A DNA stretch of 64,000 bases from Patescibacteria group bacterium (lineage in GTDB: Bacteria > Patescibacteriota > Patescibacteriia > JAXHNJ01): assembly GCA_041649715.1 (NCBI GenBank), contig JBAZMP010000002.1, forward strand, positions 196,964-260,963. The letters are read 5' to 3'. Under the pieces are notes generated by a model. The model was not told the DNA's origin and made no database searches. It saw only the letters and a list, made by a program, of their open reading frames with translations. Below, one piece after another: positions 26,835 to 35,731 of this stretch. The position numbers and the translations under genes were made by a program. Each line of letters opens with the position of its first letter. Position 1 is the stretch's first letter.

Positions 26835-28310
26835 TTAACGGTAGGTAAGGGCGTGCGATATCAGGGCGTCTTCGCCTAAGATTATCATTATATCAAAATT
26901 ATTGTTTCCGTTAAAGTTTAAGTTGATATTTTCTATTTGGTTCAAGGCGTTGATATTCATGGTATTGCCGGAAGTCATGTCTTCAAAAATGGCGGGTAAA
27001 TTCGTGATAACGGCGGCGTTGAATTTTTCCTTTAGGGCATCGACAGTATGCGGAAGTTGGCCGCTTGTTTTGTCATAGATAATGGTTTCTTTGATATTTT
27101 TCTCCGGATAATTTTCCACCCCGATAATATCATAATTCAGGGCTTCCAGCTCCCTTGCTTTTAAAGAGGCCAAGCCGGGCGTATTGGTGCCGTTTTCTAG
27201 GACAATTTTCGCCTTTTCTTTTTCTATCTCGTTCTGGCTAAAGATATTTTTTGCCAAAGCCTGCACTTCGGAAAAATCTCCGGCTTTCGGGATTAACAAA
27301 TAGGCGCCGTTTTCCCCGGTTATATTCTTTAACAGGCCATTTTCGGAATTATCAATGACGTAGTTTATAATATTGTCTTTGCCGATATTCTGGGCCAGGG
27401 TGTAAAAGCGCAGCATTTCCCAGACCTCCATATTGGTTTTGGTGTGGGTCCCCAGGGTATTCAAAATTTCTGAGATTTTACTCGGATTAATAAGGGTGGA
27501 AAAAGAAGTGATTTTATCTTTCAGGGCGAGAAGCACTTTTTGTTGTCTGGCCGCCCGTGCGAAATCCGAACCCTCGCCGTTATTACCGTGGCGGGAACGC
27601 ACGTATTTCAAAGCCGTGGCCCCGTCCATCAGTTGGTCTCCGGCCTTGAAGCTGACGGTTTGATAGCCGTAATTATCCGTCGGGTAGGTCGCATCAGAAA
27701 AACTTTTTTCCACGTTTATTCTTACTCCTCCCAGGCCGTCGATCAATTGTTCGAAGCCGGAAAAATCTACCCGGCCGTAGTATTGGATCTCAAGGCCGGT
27801 GACATCACTGACTGTCTTTACCATTAAGGCCTCACCGCCGCCTGCGTAATTCATTTCCTGTCCGAAAAAAAGGCCGTTATTTATTTTTCGGGAATAATAG
27901 GGTGCGGGAAAATCGACGGCTAGGTCGCGGGGCACGGAAAGAAAGGCGACCTGATTGGTTGAGGGTTTAAAGCTGACCAAGATAAGGGTGTCAGTAAGAA
28001 GGGCGCCTTCATGGCCGGTGCCGCCGATTCCCATCAGCAGAATATTGATGCGATCTTTTTCTTCGCCGGCGATCGTGTCATTGGTTTTTGTGAGAAGGTG
28101 GGTGAGCTGGGAAAAAAGTGAGACTTTCGTGTTGGTTGAGTCCTGGTTGGTTTGAATATTCAGGGAAGAAAGGAATTTAATCGAAAGGCCAAGGCCGATG
28201 ATTACGAGAGTGACTAAAAGAGAACCAAAAATCTTGCTCCAGAACAGGAGGGCGGGGTGGGCAGACTTTTTTTTGTTTGGTTTTGAGACCAGGTTGGGTG
28301 TGATATTCAT
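26835..28310 (-). CDS. LCP (LytR-CpsA-Psr) family protein with LytR_C domain
   Basis: NILLMG, TDTLIL, SVPRDL, DFSGF, YVRSRH, SDFARAARQQ, ENGT. Promoter TTGACG-N17-TATAAT at 28359-28387. Confidence 0.93.
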   Translation of the reverse strand: MNITPNLVSKPNKKKSAHPALLFWSKIFGSLLVTLVIIGLGLSIKFLSSLNIQTNQDSTNTKVSLFSQLTHLLTKTNDTIAGEEKDRINILLMGIGGTGHEGALLTDTLILVSFKPSTNQVAFLSVPRDLAVDFPAPYYSRKINNGLFFGQEMNYAGGGEALMVKTVSDVTGLEIQYYGRVDFSGFEQLIDGLGGVRINVEKSFSDATYPTDNYGYQTVSFKAGDQLMDGATALKYVRSRHGNNGEGSDFARAARQQKVLLALKDKITSFSTLINPSKISEILNTLGTHTKTNMEVWEMLRFYTLAQNIGKDNIINYVIDNSENGLLKNITGENGAYLLIPKAGDFSEVQALAKNIFSQNEIEKEKAKIVLENGTNTPGLASLKARELEALNYDIIGVENYPEKNIKETIIYDKTSGQLPHTVDALKEKFNAAVITNLPAIFEDMTSGNTMNINALNQIENINLNFNGNNNFDIMIILGEDALISHALTYR

Positions 28311-28468
28311 TTCGTGTTCTTCGGGTATTTAAAGGAGGTATTTATAACTCCTATGTAGATTATAGGGGTTTAAAGTCTTTTCGTCAACTTAAAAGATTAA
28401 AAATTGTCATTTTTTAAGATTTAGAATAAAATTAAGACAAATCCGAAGATAACGGAATATTTAACAAG

Positions 28469-29272
28469 ATGTTAAGCAGGGCGAAAAAAAGCAAACCATC
28501 CGTCCGCCAAGAAATCGAAATTGAAAATCTAGAAAACGAAGGGGGCGGGGAATTGAAGGAAAAGGCCACTTTTCAGGTCATTTTTTTATCCTTGGCCGTG
28601 CTTTTGATTTTTTTACCCTTTATTACCACTTTTAATGAGGTTTTGACCCGGGTGGTTGAAAAAATATATTTGTATACCTATATCGAGGATTATATCGTTC
28701 CTTATCTTTCCCGTTTGGTTGGCGTGTTCCTTCTTCCCTTTGGCTTTAAAGTCATTGGCACTACTTCCGGCCTTTACCTGCCGGATAAATCGTTAGCCAT
28801 TGATATCGCCTGGAACTGTATCGGCTGGCAGAGCATGATTCTGATTATTATAACTTTTTTCGCGGGCTTGCAGGGTGAGTATACGAAATTTTCCAAGGGG
28901 CAGACAATATTGATCGGTGTATTGGGCACCTTTATCATAAATGTCTTGAGGATTGCCAGCGTGGTCTTGGTCGCCGTGAATTTCGGTTATTTTCCGGCGG
29001 TAATTTATCATGATTATTTTTCCAATTTGCTGATTGTCTTGTGGCTTTTTCTTTTTTGGTGGTTCACTTACGCTTATGTCTTGGAACCGATTATCGTTCG
29101 GGCGGAGCCGCAAAAAAAGAAAACTAATCTATATTCTATCGGTCGGTTCCGACGCCCTTTTTTTCCGATCCGTTCGCGAATAAAAAATTTGTTCAGCCGA
29201 AGAAAGAAAAAGACAAGCCAGAAATCAAAAAAGAATAATATAGCGGGTCAAAAGGGTGTTTCTAAAAAGTGA
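28469..29272 (+). CDS. Exosortase/archaeosortase family transpeptidase
   Basis: Multi-TM protein with the family Cys-Arg-His triad contexts: IAWNCIGW, INVLRI, IYHD. Confidence 0.85.
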   Translation: MLSRAKKSKPSVRQEIEIENLENEGGGELKEKATFQVIFLSLAVLLIFLPFITTFNEVLTRVVEKIYLYTYIEDYIVPYLSRLVGVFLLPFGFKVIGTTSGLYLPDKSLAIDIAWNCIGWQSMILIIITFFAGLQGEYTKFSKGQTILIGVLGTFIINVLRIASVVLVAVNFGYFPAVIYHDYFSNLLIVLWLFLFWWFTYAYVLEPIIVRAEPQKKKTNLYSIGRFRRPFFPIRSRIKNLFSRRKKKTSQKSKKNNIAGQKGVSKK

Positions 29273-29385
29273 GAAGTCGATCTTAAATTTTGCATTTTTT
29301 GGTACTTCCCAAACTCGCTCATTTATGTTATAGTATGGTATATTATTATACCGATTTTTTTGTTTAATAACGATCAAGATCATTC

Positions 29386-30810
29386 ATGAGAGTTTTGTTA
29401 ATATACCCCCCGTATTCTTTGCATGAAATTTACGATAAGCTAGAGGCTATCGGTAATACTTCGCCACCTCTCGGGATAGGTTATATTGCCGCGGTATTGG
29501 AAAAAGCCGGCCACGTCGTGAAAGTGATCGACGCCCCAACTCTCAGTTATAAATTAAAGGATATCCTCCGGGAGCTTGAGGATTTTCGGCCGGAGGCGGT
29601 CGGCCTAACCTGTTTGACTCCGGATTTTTCCAAAAGCATTGCTTTAGCCGAAGCGATAAAAAAAATCAGTCAGAGGCCGATCATCATTGGTGGTCCACAC
29701 GTGACGGCCGCCCCGGCGGAAACCATCAGGCATGATTGCTTTGATTTCGGGGTGATTGGCGAGGGCGAGGATACTATTGTCGAGCTGATTAATTTTTTAG
29801 AGCATAGAGCGCCGACCAGCCTTTTTGAGATCCGCGGCCTAATTTTTAGAGAGGGAGAAAGGATAATCCGGACCCCACCGCGGCCTTTTATTTCGGACTT
29901 GGACAAAATTCCTTTCCCAGCGCGGCATTTGATGCCGACCTTTGACCAGTATCACCCGACACCGGCTTCTTACAAACATTTGCCCCTGGGAACTTTGGTT
30001 ACTTCGCGGGGTTGCCCGTTTCATTGTGTTTACTGTGACCGGGCGATTTTTGGGAATATGTACCGTTTTCGGAGTGCCAAAAATGTGGTGGATGAAATAG
30101 AATTGCTAGTTAAAAAATACGGCGCCAGAGAACTACGGCTTTGGGATGATACTTTTAACGCTCAAATTTCTCGGGTTATCGAAATTTGCCAGGAAATTGT
30201 CCGGCGGGGGATTAAAGTGACCTGGACCTGTCTCGGCCGGGTGAATTTCGTGACTGACGATTTGATTAAGTGGATGAAAAGAGCCGGCTGCTGGCAGATT
30301 TCTTTCGGCATTGAGTCCGGCGATGACGAAGTTTTGAAAAAAATCAAAAAAGGTCAGACAAAAGAAATGGTGCGGAAAGCCTTTAAGATCTGCCAGAGGC
30401 AAAAAATGGGCACCCGGGGTTTTTTCATCATCGGTTTGCCGGGTGATACCGAGGAAACAATGCAGGCAACGATTGATTTTGCCAAAGAATTGCCCCTGGA
30501 TGTCGCCGGTTTTTACGTGACCATTCCCTTTCCCGGCACCGAACTCACCGATACCGCAAAAAAGACCGGAGAGCTTTTAATGTCCGAGCATGACCAGTGT
30601 ATGTATGATCAATTCCTAGTTAATTTACCGGACAAACTTTTTTATGTGCCGAATGGTCTTAGCGAGACAGTCATTAGGAAATATCAAAAAAGGGCCTATC
30701 ATGAATTTTATATGCGACCGCGCTATATTTTAAAGCAATTTTTGCAAATCCAGAGCCTAAAAGAATTACTTAATAAAATTAAAGCCTTTTTCGTCATAAG
30801 GGAAATATAA
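29386..30810 (+). CDS. B12-binding radical SAM protein 1 (BchE/HpnJ-like class)
   Basis: PPLGIGYIAA, GGPH, GEGE, RGCPFHCVYC, GIESG, PFPGT. Confidence 0.93.
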   Translation: MRVLLIYPPYSLHEIYDKLEAIGNTSPPLGIGYIAAVLEKAGHVVKVIDAPTLSYKLKDILRELEDFRPEAVGLTCLTPDFSKSIALAEAIKKISQRPIIIGGPHVTAAPAETIRHDCFDFGVIGEGEDTIVELINFLEHRAPTSLFEIRGLIFREGERIIRTPPRPFISDLDKIPFPARHLMPTFDQYHPTPASYKHLPLGTLVTSRGCPFHCVYCDRAIFGNMYRFRSAKNVVDEIELLVKKYGARELRLWDDTFNAQISRVIEICQEIVRRGIKVTWTCLGRVNFVTDDLIKWMKRAGCWQISFGIESGDDEVLKKIKKGQTKEMVRKAFKICQRQKMGTRGFFIIGLPGDTEETMQATIDFAKELPLDVAGFYVTIPFPGTELTDTAKKTGELLMSEHDQCMYDQFLVNLPDKLFYVPNGLSETVIRKYQKRAYHEFYMRPRYILKQFLQIQSLKELLNKIKAFFVIREI

Positions 30811-30813
30811 ATC

Positions 30814-32916
30814 ATGTCAGTCGGGTTGAAGAAAAATGCGCAAAAATTCATCTTTTTGGTCATTGTGCCAGTCTTGTTGGTGATTTTGAATATCTACATT
30901 ATTTATCCTCTGTTCAGCGGCGACTATAATCAGAATATTTCCTCCATTGAAGTAGCATTCTTCACCGACGCGAAATTTATCTACGATCACTTTCCTCATC
31001 TGACCTGGATGCCGGACTGGTACATCGGTTTTCCTTTTCATAATATCTATACGCCGTTCTTGCCTTTTATGATTGCTTTGCTGCATTGGCTGGTAGGGGG
31101 CGTGACTTTTGCTCACTTTTATCGGATCTTAATGGCCCTTTTCTATATCATCGGGCCAGTCAGTCTTTACTTTTTTGTCCGCTATTTAACCGGCCGTCAC
31201 TTTGCGGGCTTGTTCGCCGCCATCGGTTATTCCATCCTGCCCTCTTTCAGCTATTTAATCGGCGGGACAAGCGCTTACGGCGATATGATCCACCGCGGCC
31301 CGGTTCAATTAGTGATTCTACAAGTCTTCGGGGAGGGACCGCATTTGGCGGCTTTATCTTTGGCGCCACTGGCCGCTTTGGCCTTTTTATGGGCTTTACG
31401 TCAGCCAAAATTCAGCCATCATTTGCTGGCGGCCGTGGCCATCGGGCTGGTGGGCTTGATTAACTGGTTTGGTTTGGTGACTTTGATCTTGATGCTTTTA
31501 GCCGTCTGGCTGTCCGAGATCTTTAAAGGCGAGGGAGGAAGAAAAACCAAAAATACTATAACTATCTTTTCAATGGCCTATGGCTTGATCGCTTTTTGGT
31601 TTAATCTTTCTTTTATCAAGTCAAGCTTAGGTTTTGGCGGCGGCGGTCGGGCCGAAGGAGATATCTTGGCCAATTATCTCAAATTGTTGCCGATGATACC
31701 GATTTTGCTCCCCGTCATCGTGGCCTTGGGCTGGCTTTTGAGCAAAAAGATTAAAAAGTTGCCGGGTTTATTCGTCGGTCTACTCTGGCTCATTATTTTC
31801 TTAATCGTGACCGTTAGTTGGTATCGCTGGGGGATTGCTTTTCTGCCCCAGCCGCCCCGATTTTTAACGGAAGTGAACTTAGCGGCTTTTATCGTTTTGG
31901 CCATCTTCCAGGATGGGATTTTAAAAAAGATTTTACCAGACAGTCAGGCAGGAGAAAAAAAAATAGGCAAGGGGAAACATGTCTTTGGTGGTCTGTATGT
32001 TGTGTTGGTCCTGTTAGCCATATTTTATTTTTCTCGAAGTTTTTTGGCTAATCCGCATGATTTATTGAAGCCTCATGAAGATATCACCAAAACATACCCT
32101 TTTGAAGTGGCGAAATTTTTAGACAGTAACGTCAGTCAAAATGAACGGGTACTGGCCAGCGGGAATATCGCTTTCTGGCTGGATTATTTTTCTGATGTCA
32201 GCCAGGTGAAAGGAGCCGCCGACCAGGCCGCCACTCACCCTTTTTGGAGCCACGCGATTTATCAAATAACCACCGGGGAAAATGCCCCGGAGGGCCGGGC
32301 CGGTGAGATGGCCTTGGTCTGGTTAAAAGCTTTGAACGCGAATTATATCGTGGTTAATACGCCGCTTTCTCACGATCCTTTCTATGATTTTAAGGACCCG
32401 GAAAAATTTGAGACCCTGGAAAAAGTTTATGAATCTCAGGGCGACGTGGTCTATGCCGTGCCTTTAACCAATCCATCTTTGGCGCAGGTCGTGGATGAGG
32501 ACAGATATGGTAGATTAGAAGCCCCGACCAACGGCGTTGATTATCAAAGCGTAAAAGCTTACGCCGACTGGGTAGATAAGCAAGCTAAGCCCGCTAACTT
32601 CAATTGGATAAATAATGATACTTTTGAAATTCAAGCCGACGTTAATGATGGTGATCTAGTTTCAGCCCAGATCACATTTGATAAAGGCTGGCAGATTACA
32701 GGCTCGGGCCATCGTTTGAAAACGGCAAAAGACGTCATGGGCAATCTGGTGATTTTTCCCCGTACTTCGGGCCAATTAATTATCAGAGGACGCTATAAGA
32801 ACACCTGGGATGTCGGTTTTGGCTACTTAATTACTTTGGTCTCCGTCGTCTATTGTATTATTACTCTTATAAGAAATAGAAAAAAGTATGGAATTGAAAA
32901 AAGGGAAAAAAAATGA
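30814..32916 (+). CDS. GT-C-like (YfhO/PTPS-related) polytopic membrane protein A
   Basis: W..DWYIGFP first loop, ~12 TMs, extracytoplasmic domain, C-terminal TM with basic tail. Confidence 0.75.
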   Translation: MSVGLKKNAQKFIFLVIVPVLLVILNIYIIYPLFSGDYNQNISSIEVAFFTDAKFIYDHFPHLTWMPDWYIGFPFHNIYTPFLPFMIALLHWLVGGVTFAHFYRILMALFYIIGPVSLYFFVRYLTGRHFAGLFAAIGYSILPSFSYLIGGTSAYGDMIHRGPVQLVILQVFGEGPHLAALSLAPLAALAFLWALRQPKFSHHLLAAVAIGLVGLINWFGLVTLILMLLAVWLSEIFKGEGGRKTKNTITIFSMAYGLIAFWFNLSFIKSSLGFGGGGRAEGDILANYLKLLPMIPILLPVIVALGWLLSKKIKKLPGLFVGLLWLIIFLIVTVSWYRWGIAFLPQPPRFLTEVNLAAFIVLAIFQDGILKKILPDSQAGEKKIGKGKHVFGGLYVVLVLLAIFYFSRSFLANPHDLLKPHEDITKTYPFEVAKFLDSNVSQNERVLASGNIAFWLDYFSDVSQVKGAADQAATHPFWSHAIYQITTGENAPEGRAGEMALVWLKALNANYIVVNTPLSHDPFYDFKDPEKFETLEKVYESQGDVVYAVPLTNPSLAQVVDEDRYGRLEAPTNGVDYQSVKAYADWVDKQAKPANFNWINNDTFEIQADVNDGDLVSAQITFDKGWQITGSGHRLKTAKDVMGNLVIFPRTSGQLIIRGRYKNTWDVGFGYLITLVSVVYCIITLIRNRKKYGIEKREKK

Positions 32917-35731
32917 TAGTAAACCCAGGCGTCGCTGGTTAACACTCATATTTTTGTTGTTCTCTTTGGCTTTTATGGTCTTTTGCGGCTATCTTTGGCA
33001 GGCCTGGACGGGATTCCCCAAGGGCGTGGATTCCTACGTTCATATGACCAGAATAAAATACGTTCTGGATTTTTTCCCGCATATTGATTGGCAGTACCAC
33101 TGGGCCAATGGCATGCTTCTTTTTTCCTACGCCTCCATTCATTTTATTTTCGGCGCCATTTTAGTCAAGCTCGCGGGTATATCGGCGGCTAAATCCCTTA
33201 TCGTATTGGCCCTTTTCAGTTATAGTTTGATGACCGTCGGAATTTTTGCCATAGTTTACCAAGTGACCAAAAAAGCTTGGCCCGCTTTATTAGCGGTCAT
33301 TTTAACTTTTTCCAGTTTCGGCGCTTGGAACTGGATGGTGATGGACGGGAACTATCCGCGCCTGCTTGGCTTGGGCTTTATGTTTTTAGCCATATATTTT
33401 TATATTAAACTTCTGTCAGAAAGTGGCGAAGGAACAAAATCTAATAAAAAATGGATCATTCTATCCATTATTTTCCTTTTTTCCGCCCTTGTCTCGCACG
33501 TTTTAGCGGCAATGTTCGGTTTTTTGACCTTATTCTTTCTGACCCTATTTTCAAAAATGAAATTCGGCCGTAAATTTAAATATTTATTTATGGTCATTTT
33601 ATCCTCTTTTGCCCTCGCTTCATTTTTCTACTTTTCTCAGATTATTCATTTCTTTTATTTTTCGGGTAATTATGTCGGGGCGATTGGCGATATCGTCCCC
33701 ATGAAGATTTCCTACGTATTTCAAGATACCTTGGGTATCGGATTTCTCCTTCTGCCACTTTTGTTAATATTGGTTCTTGTCAATATTTTTCTTAAACCGG
33801 AGGCAGACAAAGGCCCTTTTGTTTTTTCTTACAGCCGTTATATTTGGTCCTTTATTATTATGTTATTCTTGTTTCTCACATACGCTTTTATCGGTTACAC
33901 CGGCTTGAAGCCTCAATATTACAGCATCCGGGGCTTTATCCCTTTTTCCATGAATATTTTGATTGTCATCTTCAGCAGTCTGCTAATCGGGATAATGCTG
34001 GGGAGGATTTCGGTAAAAAGGGGTATTTATACCCGGATTTTTCTCAGCCTCATGGCTTTAGTGATCATTGGTTATTCTGCCCTCCTGGTTTGGCGATCTT
34101 ACGATACGGTGAGTCATTGCCGGCTAACCCGATATATTTATGATTCATCCTCAGCCAAGCTGTGTGATTCTTTCGCCAGTCATGAATATGTTTCCTCTCA
34201 TTTTTACACTTTTCCAGAAGGCGAGGATTATCAACATCGTTTCGCCCCCTATGACGCCTACGATGCTATCTGGTTCAATTACGCGTATAAAATTCCCCAA
34301 GAGAGGGATTATCATGCCCACGGCGTGCTTTATCCGGATTGGCGCTACTGGTTTGAGCAGGTGGTTTGGAAGCCGAAAGAGTTTACTATGGATGAAGCAA
34401 AATCAGCTTTTGATTGGTTTGCCATTCGTTGGTTTGGCGACCGCGCCGCGGTCGATGAGAAAGCTTACGCTAATTTAGTGGAAAAGACGGCAAATACCCT
34501 AGAGGACAAGCTGGCCGCGATCAATTCCCGCTATCTGAAAGACAAGGATTTTTCTTTAGTAAAATCTGACGCGAACACAGTCACGACACAAAATTTGAGT
34601 CTGGAAATAGAAGTGAAAAATCCCAGCCAGATCTTGGCCGCCAGCAACACACCCACCATCTTATATATCGGCGGAAACGAAGGATACAATCCGTTTTTCT
34701 TCAACCTGACCCTGCATAATTACAACAGTCAGGACATTATCCCCGTCAAAGGCGAAAAATACGTCGATAGTTATAGGCTTAACGATCTCAAACAGTTTGA
34801 TGCCATTTTTCTTTACAGCTACCAATACAAAAACAAGGAAAATGCTTACTCGCTATTGAAGGGTTACGTGGAAGGAGGCGGCAACCTCATTTGGGAGGCC
34901 TGGAACTCTGAAGATGCTCAGGTCCTCCAAAAAGAAACCAATAAAAATAACATTCAGGCTAATAAGGTGAGCTTACCCGAACCTTCGCCGGTCAGCGAGC
35001 TTTCTCTTACGGAGATTTCCGGCGAATGGGATTTTCAAGCCACTAGCGAGCCAATATTCGGTCAGATCAATTTCACAAAATTCAGCCCCCCTAAATATCT
35101 CAGCTCTCCCTGGAAGGTGGCGGTGCCGACTCAAAGCTCAGCGGTTAGAAACTGGGCAAAAGTGATTCTTTCCAGCCAGGACCACCCCGTGATGATCAGT
35201 GGGCAGTATGGCCAGGGCCATATCCTGTGGACCGGTTTTAATTTCAATTATCATATTACCGACACCAAAAATTTTGAGGAAGCGAAGCTGCTGATCAGCA
35301 TCATCAAAAGTCTGGTCGGCAACAAGGGTGAATCAGCCATGGCTGAGGCAAAATTCATCAATCCTGATTTACGGGAAATCAGCCTGGAAAATCCGGCCAA
35401 GGGTGTTTTATTCCGAGAGAGTTTTTACCCCAATTGGCGGGCTCGTTTAAGCGATGGGCAGAAATTGGCCGTTCTTTACGCTGGACCGGGTCTGATGTAT
35501 GTGCCTCTTCCTGAAAACTTAGAGACCGGCTTAAAAGTGATTCTATACTATGATAAGAGCCTGACCGAAAAAATCGGAAGCGTTCTTTCTCTGGTCAGTT
35601 TACTGATTTTTTTGATCTATGTTTTGGAGGGCTGGCTATTCAAGCCGATCCTTTCCCGATTAAGCCAGAAAATCTTCCAAAAATCAACCCATAATTTAAA
35701 AAACTGGTGGGCGAAGGACGAAGATGAATAA
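32888..35731 (+). CDS. GT-C-like membrane protein B with GATase-like extracytoplasmic domain
   Basis: PKGVD...W...WANG loop, FD.I.LY...YVEGGG, ESFYPNW, C-terminal TM and WWAKDEDE. Confidence 0.78.
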   Translation: MELKKGKKNDSKPRRRWLTLIFLLFSLAFMVFCGYLWQAWTGFPKGVDSYVHMTRIKYVLDFFPHIDWQYHWANGMLLFSYASIHFIFGAILVKLAGISAAKSLIVLALFSYSLMTVGIFAIVYQVTKKAWPALLAVILTFSSFGAWNWMVMDGNYPRLLGLGFMFLAIYFYIKLLSESGEGTKSNKKWIILSIIFLFSALVSHVLAAMFGFLTLFFLTLFSKMKFGRKFKYLFMVILSSFALASFFYFSQIIHFFYFSGNYVGAIGDIVPMKISYVFQDTLGIGFLLLPLLLILVLVNIFLKPEADKGPFVFSYSRYIWSFIIMLFLFLTYAFIGYTGLKPQYYSIRGFIPFSMNILIVIFSSLLIGIMLGRISVKRGIYTRIFLSLMALVIIGYSALLVWRSYDTVSHCRLTRYIYDSSSAKLCDSFASHEYVSSHFYTFPEGEDYQHRFAPYDAYDAIWFNYAYKIPQERDYHAHGVLYPDWRYWFEQVVWKPKEFTMDEAKSAFDWFAIRWFGDRAAVDEKAYANLVEKTANTLEDKLAAINSRYLKDKDFSLVKSDANTVTTQNLSLEIEVKNPSQILAASNTPTILYIGGNEGYNPFFFNLTLHNYNSQDIIPVKGEKYVDSYRLNDLKQFDAIFLYSYQYKNKENAYSLLKGYVEGGGNLIWEAWNSEDAQVLQKETNKNNIQANKVSLPEPSPVSELSLTEISGEWDFQATSEPIFGQINFTKFSPPKYLSSPWKVAVPTQSSAVRNWAKVILSSQDHPVMISGQYGQGHILWTGFNFNYHITDTKNFEEAKLLISIIKSLVGNKGESAMAEAKFINPDLREISLENPAKGVLFRESFYPNWRARLSDGQKLAVLYAGPGLMYVPLPENLETGLKVILYYDKSLTEKIGSVLSLVSLLIFLIYVLEGWLFKPILSRLSQKIFQKSTHNLKNWWAKDEDE